From the human T2T-CHM13v2.0 reference genome, Homo sapiens, in NCBI RefSeq assembly GCF_009914755.1, contig NC_060927.1: a stretch of 64,000 bases of DNA; one strand, written 5' to 3'. A model generated the notes under the pieces. That model made no database searches and was not told the origin of the DNA. It saw only the letters and a list, made by a program, of their open reading frames with translations. Below are positions 52,546-64,000 of the stretch, in pieces. Position 1 is the stretch's first letter. The number at the start of each line of letters is the position of its first letter. The translations under genes were made by a program, and so were the position numbers.

Positions 52546-55500
52546 TAACACTCTCCTTGCCTTTAACAAGCAGTCCACTAAGAATAATGTGTTTCACATA
52601 TAATTCACTGGTTTTTCCAACTTTTCTGAATCTGTTAGTTCTGGGTTTTCCTAGGGACTAAGATGTATAAGCATAAAAAGTCCAGACTGACTATATCTAC
52701 CTATTTCAATAATACAGAGCTACGTACAAATTTAGTTTTTGTAATGAAACTATTCTCTTGCAAATTTCCTTCCTTGATAGAAAAATCACTTACTTTGTCT
52801 CCTTCCTTACGTATAAAATGGAATAGAAATAGTAAACTCATGGTAGAGCTAATGTGAGGATTAAATTAACTAATTAACTAATTCAATCTTCACTTTGCTT
52901 AGAGTAGTGCCCGGAACATATTAAGCACTTAATATAAATGATAGCTGTGCGATAACTTTGTTGCTTAATTTGCCATTAAATGTGAGGCCCAGTGTGTTTA
53001 TCTACATGAGGAACTCTTAACCAAGAAAACATTTTCCCTGCAGATGAAATTCTCTATATTAGAACAGTTTTTTAAATCAAGTAAACCTAGTAGAAAGCAA
53101 TTCATCAGAATCCCTGTGGAAGCTTGGATTTACTATCAAATAGCAATGAAATTATATTTTATTTCATGTTATCTCTGGCAAAATTCTCTGAAAAAAAGTG
53201 TATTGTAAAGATCTAAACCACATTCCTCTTGAGAATCCTTGACTAATTGTGTTAGCTAAATCACCCTCAATGTTATTTTATGCTTTAGGAAAAGCTCAAG
53301 TATATTTTTTCAATACAGCCTCAAATAAACCACATTTTCAGCCTTTATAAAAGCTAATAAACCTAAATGACCATTAAATATATTTGCATAGTTGTATTTG
53401 CAAAATACTGGTAAGCTTATAAGAAACTTACTTGCCAAATTTATTGTATGAGTAGGAGAAAAAAGCCGAAAATTTTATTAGCTGAGTCAAAGTTTAATCT
53501 TAAGAAAAGCTTCATATTGACAATTCAGAACAAGGGACAACTCTTAGGTAACAAATATTAGTTGGCAATTATTCTTTTTGACAGCCTTGACCAAAAAGCT
53601 AAAAAAAACTTCTGAGAATCATAGTAATCTAGAAAGATTCCTGTATTTAGATTGAGAAACCCTGGACTCAAATCTTGGTTTTATCACTTAATATTTGATT
53701 TTGGTAAATAACCTAAGCTCTTTGAGCCGGTTTACTCACCAAAGAAATTACATGTGATAATCTCTACCTGTATCACAGGGTCGTTGTTAAGAATTAAGAG
53801 ACATGAAAGTTCTCTGTAAACTACTGTATTTGTATTACCAGTAAACTTTGTAAATAGGAATTGTTTTGTATTACAAGTGTTCACAGAGTCCAAAGATGTT
53901 TCAAGCTTTGAAATTCTATTTTGCTCAAGCTCCAAAATAAATTTTCCATTAACTTATATTTCAAACAGAGAATTCACATAAAAACTTCTTAAACATTTAT
54001 TATATTATGTTCTATAAAATATAGTTGGTATAATTTCAGAAACCTGTACTTTAAAAAAAGAAATATAAGAAATTAGATGGGTTCATTTGTTTCTAAATAT
54101 GGTCATCATTTTACAAATTCAATTTAACTTGACATTTATTTGTAACTTTTAACTGTAACTTTGTATCTATGATACAAAGCAGGTGATGCCCGCTATTAAG
54201 TTTGTGTCATAGGAATCCAAAAGCAAGAGTAACTCCAACTAGAAAAAGCAAGAGGGTGTGGGGGAAGCAGGAGGCGGGTATTTCAGCTGCGCCTTGAATG
54301 GCCTACTTGGCATTTCAGTATTTTAGTGGGCAGAAGTAAGGATTGTTAGTGGGAAGAACTAAGAGTTAGGAGAGAAATCCCTCGTCGTGATCAATAAAGT
54401 GGAAAAGTATACTGTTTATAAAGAAAATAGGAAGATATTTGCTGGAGCACGCAAGATAGGAGCATACAGCAAATACGTTGGGAATGAAGGCTGAAAAGTT
54501 GAGATTGATTATGGAATACCTTCAAAGTTTTAGCAAGAATTTTGGATTTTTACCTACAGATGAAACATTGTCTCTCTAATGTTTAATTACTCAAAAAAGT
54601 ATATTCTTTGAGTTTTTATTTAAGGAGATTCTTTTTAGGTAATATTTCACAATCTCATAGGATGGTCCTTGAATCTTTTTATGCTTCAAGAAATGTCCCA
54701 GAATCATAAGCATATGAGAAACTAAACATAAAACTCTGTGCTTTAGAGACAACAAATACAGATTCCTTCATCTAAACTTAATTACAAATAAGTCAAGGAT
54801 CATTTATTGACTCAACAAAATTTTCTGAGTGTTTACTATATGCTAGTAAGATACTTAATATCAGAAATGGAAAAATGCTTCCAGTCTTTGAGGAGCTTAC
54901 AGTCTAAGGAGAAAAACGTGTATACAAATAATATAAAACAGTAATTAGAGAAGTATATACAAATTGCTATAGGGGAGCAGGAGGGGGAATGAACTATTGT
55001 TTGAGTAGGTGTAGGGGTGGTAACATTTACATTCAACTTTGAAAAAATAAAGTTCACAAGAAGTGGTGAAAAGGTATGGAGGTACAATGTCACAACCCCC
55101 ACTCCACACAAGCATCTATAGTCTTGGGTTCAAAGTGATATTCACACTCATGGGACAACAGTCCAAAATGTGGCTCCAGGCTTACTTTGTAGAAAAATAT
55201 GGCACAGCCAACAGTGTTATAATAATAATTTCAAGTGAAGTACATCTTCATCTGGAATCTTTATAAGAGCCCTGATTTCTCCAGCCCCCAAGAAGGATGC
55301 ACTAAGTTGTAACAGAAGAGACCACCTGGGTGGGAGCAGGCCACAGAAGCAGACAGAAGCCTCATACACACAGAACTATGCCTCTTAACAACGCATGGGC
55401 AGTTTCCAAATTTCCACAAGGACAAGTTTAGTTACAAGAGACCGCAGAGGAAGTACCTAAATACATGAACGAATAATTTTATACAACTGCAAAAGTAGAG

Positions 55501-55775
55501 GACAATGGAAAGATAAGAATAGGATATAGGCTGGAACAAGATTAAGGATGGGCTCTATAGGCCAAGTCTAAACCTATTTTTCCTCTTGGCATAAAAAAGT
55601 TGATTTCAAAAGGTATTAAACTTCTTTAAACTCCTAATTAGGTGATTGGATATGATTTAAATAACTTCTTTTTTTAACATCCCAAGAGCTGTGAAATTAA
55701 AATAATATTATCTTCTCTAGGAAGGCTTGCTTTGTTCACTAACAACCCTCTCTCTACCTCTCTACCTCCTCACTA

Positions 55776-55779
<4 letters not shown>

Positions 55780-55817
<38 letters not shown>
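55780..55817. repeat. (CA)n microsatellite between SENP7 and IMPG2
   Basis: Read directly; about 19 perfect units. Confidence 0.95.
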
Positions 55818-55819
<2 letters not shown>

Positions 55820-56089
55820 CTCTAGGCTGAGCTCCCTCCTGCATTCCCAAAGAAACTCTATGGTTGTTCTTACCAGAAAATATTTAAAATGTTCACATGT
55901 CCATAAATGACTCAGGAACAAATATCATTCATTTTTTGTGCCTAGCAAAATGCCTGCTAGTAGTAGAAGCTAAAATAATTTCCCTGAACTGAAATGACAC
56001 TCAAATAAACTATATGCTTTTAAAATATGAAGAATAATTAATATAAGCATCAATTTCATGATATACACAGAGCAGCATACAACTGGAAA

Positions 56090-56095
56090 TTTATT
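56090..56095 (-). terminator. SENP7: SENP7 distal polyadenylation signal AATAAA
   Basis: tttatt on the plus strand. ATTAAA copies at 56141 and 56161, and a T/G-rich stretch downstream on the minus strand. Confidence 0.65.
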
Positions 56096-57496
56096 TCTAA
56101 CAGTAGCTCATGTTTCTTAAGGAAAAAAATTACACCTCAATTTAATGAATTGGAAATATGTTTAATATAAAACACTGATATCCTCAAAACATTACTTGCA
56201 CATTAATTTAGGAAAATGAATTTTAAACAATCTTCAAAACATGATAAAGGACAGTGATATCTTTGAAAAACATACAAACAAAAACATTAAGAAATCACAA
56301 GATGTCTTATAGACTTGCTTTCCCAAAATTAGATGTACAAAACAATAGTCACCTTTAAAAGTACCCCCCAACACACACAAATTGGGAATGAAATATGTAA
56401 TTATAGCCATCTTTATATGAAATATCCAAACAACAAATATATTTAATAATATAAAGATAGTGCCAAAATCAACAAAAGCTAAGAATACTGAGGCTTAACT
56501 GACCCCGATTCATATGATTTTGAAATAAAATGTTCAGACTTTCTAGCTTTATCTTAATTTGCCTTTGCTTCACTGCTTTATGTAGTTATAATGTAAATCT
56601 AAGAGATGCTTAAAACAGATTAAAATAATATTGTTAAAAAACATTTTTCTTATCTGAGAAAATACAATATAATCATATCTCCCTCAAAATACTCCTGATA
56701 ACATTAGAAAGTTCTGAAGTGTTTAATCATATATAATGCCACCATTATCACATGAATTCAGAACTGTTACCTGAATATTTAATAAAAAATTAAGTTCCAT
56801 GAGGATCATAGGTCTCTAAAAGCTACAATTTAAAAATATAAAAGCAATGAGAGCAATCTGGCTTTGCAGATGAATACTGGGTAAACTGAGCTATAAAATT
56901 ATATATTTAATTCTACCCATTAATAAATAAGACTGAGGGTTTTCTTTGTTAAAGTTATGAGGACACCAATTTTATCTTCTATATTAGAGAAACTATACAT
57001 AAATTCCGTGATAATGTGAGTGAATATTTATATAGCAGTACCTCAAGTTGAGCTACATGTATAATTTTTAAAAAACTATTTTGCACAGGTAAAATTTTTT
57101 GTTTCAAATTTTACCCTGAACAAATGAACTAAATTATAAGATACTCACATATGACATCAAAAGAAATGAAAAAAAAATAAAGCAGAGTAATCGTATTTAG
57201 CAATTGAGAATAATAAGCTGCACTTTAAAAGAGCGAATTTTTATCATCTTCCTAACATTATGAATGTCTTTTTGTTACATACAGAAGGGATGCCGTAAAT
57301 GGCATTTTCTGAAGCCTTGATACTAAATTATTTTTTTAAAAAATACACAGTATTCATACTGCATGCTTGAGCTGCAAAGAATAGAATTACAATATGATGT
57401 GACCTGTCAGCAAATTTGACAAGCACTGGGGCTGGCACCAGGGAGGCTTTAACTCCCCTCAGCACCCAGTCACGTGGAAGTACAGATCATGTAAGT

Positions 57497-57502
57497 TTTA
57501 TT
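57497..57502 (-). terminator. SENP7: Candidate proximal SENP7 poly(A) signal AATAAA
   Basis: tttatt on the plus strand about 310 nt after the stop codon. Motif evidence only. Confidence 0.3.
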
Positions 57503-57812
57503 ATCTACAAAACATTCCCATATTACATATGCTGTTGCATAATCCAATCATATTTACTCAGAAAAATATGAAATATTTATAAAATTTTAATTTATATCTA
57601 GTAAGTTTATCTATATCACCCCCATTCCCATTCCATCTATGAGATCCCAACAATTCTAATAATGTGTCCTACATATTTTAAATAATGTTCCAATGACTTA
57701 TTATAAAACTACTGCAAGTTATTTTCTTCTCTGTGAGCTGGCTAACACAAATGCTGGTAAGAGGCTTTCCAGTAATCTTAGAGAACATCTGTGTCATGTT
57801 TGTACAGATTAA

Positions 57813-57950
57813 CTAGCTACTGCTGCCCTTCTGTTGCTGTAAATGAAGTTTCAAGATGAGCTCTCGAATATCTTCCCGTTTGGTCTTTATTACATGACGA
57901 GGAAACCACTTCTCCAAATGAATTGGAAGTTCAAAGTTAACAATAGGATC
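57813..57950 (-). CDS. SENP7: SENP7 last exon, coding part ([45 protein letters not shown])
   Basis: Acceptor cattag|GAT. 46 codons ending in TAG at 57815-57813. Confidence 0.96.
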
Positions 57951-59098
57951 CTAATGAGAGGAAAAAAAGAGTGTAATCACTTTAGCAGCATAATTTCAAA
58001 TTTGTTTTAATTTCATTTTTATAAGAAATGACAAATTGCTAACTTTTTTAAAATAACAATTATATTAAGATATAATTCACATAATACAATTCACCAATAG
58101 CATACAATTAAGCATTTTTAGTATATTCACAAAATCAAATCCATCTGGAAAGGGTATGAGAGGGCCAGAACCTGACACCCTATGATGAAGTTCTAGTGTG
58201 GAATAAAAAAGGGAGAAAAAACCCAACATAATAGATATTTAATGATTTCCAAAATGTGTACTGTATTTTACTATATATTATCCTTCCTCTCTCATATTAA
58301 AGACATCAAAAAGTTGTAGCTGCATACTATAACTCTCATGCTTTCAAAGTACCGTTAAGCATTCTCCAAGCCGACTTCTGGTCAAAAACATTCTGCTACT
58401 AGACCCATCTTTGTAAATAATAGTGGCAATGACTGAAGTAATGAGATGACAGTTCAAAAAGCAAAGAGTGATTCCTTGCTATTTAAAATTTCATCTTTAA
58501 TACTGCTACAGTTCCTACAAAGTCTCTGTGAGCTAGAAAATAACACCTATGTTTGTCATTGTACTTCTCCAGCTATAGTTTTCTGAGCTTCTTGAATAAA
58601 CAGATCTTTTCATTTTAGAAAATTTTATTTAAAATACTGTCTCTGCCCTATTCTCTTTCTCTCCAATCTTGCTGGGACTCCAGTAACATGTAAATTATAC
58701 CTTTCAAACAGTAAATTATACTGTTTTATATTTGTCTCTTAAGCTCTGTTCTCTTCTTTACATTCTTTTTTCTCTCTGGGCTATATAGCTGGAGTTCACT
58801 AATCCTATCTTCTACTGTATCTAGTCCTCTATTAAACTTGTCCAATAAGTTCCTAATTTCAGATATGTCATTATACATCTTCAGCTCTAGAACGTCTATT
58901 TGATTTTTTTTTTGTATACTCCATGTCTTCATCCATTTTGTTTCATCTTTGGCTTTATCTTCTCTAACCTATTAATCAAATCATTTTAAAGTTCTTATCT
59001 GCCAATTACAGTATCTGGATCACCTGTGGTTCTATTTCTTTCTCTTTAAAAAAAATCTTGATTACCTGTAACATGTGCCTGCCTCTTTGCTTGCCCAG

Positions 59099-59473
59099 TG
59101 ATATAGTTTTGCTGTGCCCCGACCCAAATCTCATCTTGAATTGTAGTTCCTATAATCCCCACTGTGGTGGGAGGGACCTGGTAGGAGGTAACTGAATCAT
59201 GGGGGCGGTTTTCCCCCATGCTATTCTCCTGATAGTAACTTCTCATGAGATCTGATGGTTTTATAAGGGGCTTCCCCCTTCGCTCAGCTCTCATTCTTCT
59301 CCTTGCTGCTATCATGTAAAAAAGGATATGTTTGCTTCCCCTTCCACCATGATCGTAAGTTTCCTGAGACCTCCCCAGCCATGCTGAACTGTGAGTCAAT
59401 TAAACCTCTTTCCTTTATAAATTACCCAGTCTTGGGTATGTCTTTATTAGCAGCATGAGAACGGACTATTACA
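59099..59473 (+). mobile_element. Solo THE1 (C/D-like) LTR in the last SENP7 intron, within an old L1 fragment (about 58600-59500)
   Basis: TG...CA termini. TSD CCCAG at 59094-59098 and 59474-59478. Confidence 0.93.
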
Positions 59474-59537
59474 CCCAGTAACTTGTGACCGTATGGTGGT
59501 AACTGTGAATTAAAAACTTATTTATAGCTTCACATAC

Positions 59538-59688
59538 CTTGAAGAAGCTTTCCACATACTGCAATAAATATACTCCACAATCACTGCTATTGTCCTGTTT
59601 AGGAACTTTAGGGCATAGATCCACCATGTTTGTTTTGCTGAATTGACGATGAGTTTTTAGTTTAACTTCCCACTCTACCTCTAAATAC
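59538..59688 (-). CDS. SENP7: SENP7 penultimate exon (151 nt; [11 protein letters not shown]...[22 protein letters not shown]; catalytic Cys)
   Basis: Acceptor tttcag|GTA, donor AAG|gtatgt. Contains the QxNxxDCG motif of SUMO proteases, phase 2-0. Confidence 0.96.
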
Positions 59689-60349
59689 CTGAAATAATAA
59701 ACAAATAAGAGTGACTAAAGTAGAAATCTATTTATCAGTATGCAACATTTTCAGAAAGGCGGAAAAACATTTGTTGCCAGATGTGCTGTCTCAAGCCAAA
59801 TTTCCACACTGAATTTTAGCAGTGCAACCTACATTTTATAAGGCTCACAAGTACTACTTTAAAGAAAATATGTAATGTGATTTTCAAAGTAAAAGCTAGA
59901 CTTTTTTCAACAACTCAACTTTCATAACTCAACAAAGTAAACTAAGAAATCATTTTAAAAGTTTCATCATTAGTTTTTTCCAAGTACTACAGTAAATTAC
60001 AAAATTACACATACATACATATACATAATTATACAAATGTGAAAGAGTTCTTATTTTTTTCTAAAGTGGTACTTTTGATAATCAATGCAATGCTTCTTTG
60101 TAAAACTATACTTTCTGTTCAATTATGAATACAAATTCTGAATTTACCTTTAATATAATCCTTTAGAAATATTAATACTTGAATATTAACAGAATAGAAG
60201 ATATTTATTATTGATTAAATTTATAGGATTGTTGAAATAGATAATAAAATATAATTCCTGATATAGTCTTTTCAATAATTCTGAAGGTAACTTCAAAATT
60301 ACTGAGGTTTTAGATAACAGACTGGAATGGTAAAATTGTCATTACTTAC

Positions 60350-60418
60350 TCTCGTAAATTCTGAACTGTGTTTTGTACAGAAGCAGCTTTCAAGGAGTCT
60401 AGTATAAGAATACATGGC
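60350..60418 (-). CDS. SENP7: SENP7 coding exon (69 nt; [23 protein letters not shown]; catalytic Asp)
   Basis: Acceptor tcatag|GCC, donor AGA|gtaagt. Contains the DSL motif, phase 2-2. Confidence 0.95.
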
Positions 60419-60517
60419 CTATGAAAAGCAAAGGACAAAATCAAGATTTACATACTTGTATACAAAGTATATCTAAATACCTCAAAAAACTGTATTATTA
60501 TTACAGCATGTACCTAC

Positions 60518-60561
60518 CTTTTACACATTTTCTTTGGTACTGACATATTCGACTCGGTACT
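60518..60561 (-). CDS. SENP7: SENP7 coding exon (44 nt; STESNMSVPKKMCKR)
   Basis: Acceptor tttcag|AGT, donor AAG|gtaggt, phase 0-2. Followed by a 99-nt intron. Confidence 0.92.
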
Positions 60562-61527
60562 CTGAAATAACATAAATTTTTATGACTGCAATTAAAGCTA
60601 TTTTGAATAATTTACTATTCAGTTACTCCTTTAAAGTGTTTCAAACTTTGAAGTTAAAATTTCAAGTAATAGTTATCTTCATCATCAAAAGTGAGCTAAC
60701 TTCATTTTCCACAAATTTATTATACTGCTAAAACAGTAGGCTATATACTTTTACATGCAGTCTCAAGCAGTTAAGGAGTTTTAACTTTTCCTAAAAAGCA
60801 ATCTGGAACTTTAATTACTTCCATTCCAAGTTATTATCTTAAGCAAAGATAAACAAGTTAATTTAACGTGTCTTTACATACATTCTCCAATTTATGATGT
60901 CAGTAGAGACACATTTCTTCCCTTTGAAGCCTAAGATGCAGAACCTTAATCTATATTAAGGGAAAAGGGATAGGGAATTTTGTTTTGTTGATGTTGTTTG
61001 TTTTCTTCATAAGTTTGAGAAACTACAGATCAAACTTAAGCACATTTATTTAATGCAGACCTTCTCAGTGCCTTTATTATTCTAACATAAACACTGGCTC
61101 TCTAAGACAGAAAGAGTATACAAAGTTTGCCCAACTTAATTGACCTTGGAATCCTGCTTATCACGAACTGAGTCTTAGAATGAATATTCTAAGAAACTCA
61201 ATTTGAGAAATCTGGCCCTACAGGCAAGAAGGAATGCTCCTATTTTGCCGCCGTGACAGCAGGAAAGGAAGCCTTCCTCCGTAAGAAGTGACAGTTCGTA
61301 TCAGTGACAGTAAAGACATAGGCCTGTGCCAGGGAGTCTGCTGCTATTTGTACATATAAAAAAAAAAAATCATTAAGTGGCAATCTTAATTTAGAACACT
61401 GAATCTAGGCTATGCAGATCTGTTTGGAGCTCCAAATAAGGAAGAGTTAATGATAACTATTTTAGCCTAAGGAGTTACATGGATTCACTTTCAGTCTACC
61501 TTGAATGATTTTTACCAATAATTTTCT

Positions 61528-61894
<367 letters not shown>

Positions 61895-62205
61895 TTACCT
61901 AAGTTCAAAAAGTTACTGACATAAATAAAAGTGAATCTGATCCTTAGAAATTAGAAAAGTAGTTAACCAAGATGAACATCAGATAAACTACTAAATAACC
62001 TAAAAGTTAAAGCAAGCTAAACAGATATAAGAATAATAACTAATCTCGTTCTCTTCCCCAGCCCCACAAAAACTGTCAAAGAATCACAAAGCAGCACAAT
62101 CTAATGATGGGCCAGCATAGCCCACCTAGCTATGCTCTATTTTACAGATAACATTATTATATTCATGAGTTTTCCTTCCTTCCCATCTGTAAAGAACACA
62201 CTTAC

Positions 62206-62258
62206 TTGGGAATCCTCTGCACTCAAAGACAGTGTCGAAGTAGTACGTAGATCATTAT
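62206..62258 (-). CDS. SENP7: SENP7 coding exon (53 nt; DNDLRTTSTLSLSAEDSQ; loop insertion in the catalytic domain)
   Basis: Acceptor aactag|ATA, donor CAA|gtaagt, phase 1-0. Confidence 0.92.
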
Positions 62259-63069
62259 CTAGTTAGAAATAATTAAGCAGTTATGAGTGTTTATTGCATG
62301 TTTTTATACAGGTAACTTAGAAAAGCTTAAAATTATAATTTTTATGCAGTTACTGGATGCACAGTAAAAATACTTGAGATTTAATTTTTTTCATGATTAA
62401 TGTTATGAATAAAATTCAATCAACAGATAAAACTGACAATGGTTGGCTGTTATCAAATAACAGGTAAACCCCAGAGCCATGATTGGAAATACCAGTTAGC
62501 TAGGCAAATTCTCTATAAAAAGATAATCTTCAAAAATAGCTCATTAATCAAAATGTCTGCTATTTAATGCAGAAGGTAGTTAATCTGCCTAATAATGGTG
62601 CTTCTAACTATGACCATACAGTTTTGTGTAAGTACACATTTGAGGTTTCAAGATAATTAAACATAATCAGTTGCTTCATCAGTTTTTCTTTTTCCCCACA
62701 TGGGTTTTGGCCAGTATTAATGCTAACGGCTATTTTTCAATCAGCTTACTGCTTAGGCTACAGCTATAAAACATTTAATTTTGTTACTTTTTTCTCAAAG
62801 AAAGTAGGCTTATTTACTTTAGATTTTGGCTTGTAAGAAAACTCGTGGAAGAATTATAAGAGATCCTATATTACCTAGCCAAATTAATGGAGTCTACAGG
62901 AAATTAGATTAAGTAAAAATGGGGGATTTCAAGCATTGTCTGGAAATCAAAGGCATAAATTCCTAGTCATGTTAGCAAACCTAGTGTATTTTTAAAATGG
63001 TATAATACTATTAATTAGCTAGATTTTGTCATTCTACAATGTATATGTATTTCAAAATATCATGTTGTA

Positions 63070-63357
63070 GCCAGGTGTGGTGGCTCATGCCTGTAATCCC
63101 AATACTTTAGGAGCCTGCGGTGTGAGGACTGCTTGAGGCCAGGAGTTCCAGACCCACCTGGGCAACATAGTGAGATCCTATCTTTACAAAAAAAAATTTA
63201 AAAATAAGCCAGGTAAGGTGGTGCACCCCTGTAGTCCTGACTAATCAGGAGGGTAAGGCAGGAGGATTACTTGAGCCCAGGAGTTCGAGGTTGCAATGAG
63301 CTATAACTGAGCCACTGCACTACACCAAGACAACGTCTCTTAAAAAAAAAAAAAAAA
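63070..63357 (+). mobile_element. AluJ inserted in a short L1 3' fragment
   Basis: Diverged Alu. TSD core atgttgta at 63062-63069 and 63360-63367. Confidence 0.88.
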
Positions 63358-63862
63358 GTATGTTGTACATAGTAAATACATGCAATTTTATCTGTCAATT
63401 TTTTTAAGTTAAAACAAGCAAAAAATGTCAATGGAAATAATAATAATAATAATACATGGAATAAACATAAAATTTAGGGTAGTGGTTACTTCTGGATTAA
63501 AGAAAGAGAAATGGGAGTGGTCACAGAGGAGATTATTATTATATCAGAAAAGTTTTAATTTCTTAATCCAGGTGAAACAAGTATTGATGTTGGTCATATT
63601 AGTTATACTTTTTTGTATGTTTGAAATATTTCATAAGATCAATAAGTAGTAATTTTAAGTGCCATAATAAAACTTGATATAACAGTACAACTTCAGAATT
63701 ATATTTTGTCTATCATTAAAAATTTCAGATTTTTTATTCATCCTGTTAAAGTAGGTTTAATGATAGTAAATAACTATACTACCGTTAACTTCATTTTCTT
63801 CCCTGTAACCATTAAATTATTGTCATCATTATTAAAAACACCATCTACGTTATGGATGTCAC

Positions 63863-63987
63863 CTATTGTTTTGTTGTCATTTTGGGACTGCTGAGCCTGG
63901 GACTGCTGGGATACAGTTTGTGGAAAATCTTCATACACAGCTTCTTCTAACCATGGAAAACAAATGACTGCGAGATACCAGTGAGAC
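63863..63987 (-). CDS. SENP7: SENP7 coding exon (125 nt; [41 protein letters not shown]; catalytic His)
   Basis: Acceptor caacag|GTC, donor TAG|gtgaca. Contains the HW motif of Ulp1/C48 peptidases, phase 2-1. Confidence 0.95.
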
Positions 63988-64000
63988 CTGTTGAAAAAGA

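Larger units (their letters stand above)
56070..57812 (-). other. SENP7: SENP7 3' UTR (about 1.7 kb, AT-rich, no obvious repeats)
   Basis: Unique sequence from the stop codon to the distal AATAAA. The cleavage site is approximate. Confidence 0.7.

Noticed and set aside
61005-61215. Possible hAT-Charlie (MER103-like) fragment
   Set aside because: Too diverged to call or delimit confidently without a profile search.
63883-63908. Duplicated tgggactgctg in a SENP7 exon (QQSQAQQSQ)
   Set aside because: A small low-complexity duplication in a loop region with no sign of special function.

Overview
Human (or very close great-ape) genomic DNA, recognisable as the IMPG2/SENP7 locus on chr3q12. Both genes lie on the minus strand. 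The window holds IMPG2 (SPACRCAN, interphotoreceptor matrix proteoglycan 2) coding exons 1-8 (ATG at 52246, running down to 1414) and its photoreceptor-type promoter. It also holds the last six coding exons and 3' UTR of SENP7 (SUMO protease; catalytic His, Asp and Cys exons), which ends about 3.6 kb upstream of IMPG2. All internal exon boundaries were read as GT-AG and the phases join into continuous reading frames. The introns are mostly transposable elements: 12 Alus, a four-layer nest (L2 > full-length Tigger1 > full-length L1PA7/8-like > AluY), a two-LTR THE1 element, solo THE1 and MLT1 LTRs, Tigger and hAT derivatives, and old L1/L2/MIR fragments. I found no evidence for a new gene family or biological system. 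The most interesting observations are smaller: parallel loss of TATA and poly(A) motifs in the two sense-oriented THE1 LTRs, two templated-insertion scars, two overlapping uORFs in IMPG2, possible SENP7-IMPG2 read-through, an unexplained diverged direct repeat and a GTGACAG motif cluster. Repeat subfamily names come from recalled consensus sequences, and edges of old repeats are approximate.
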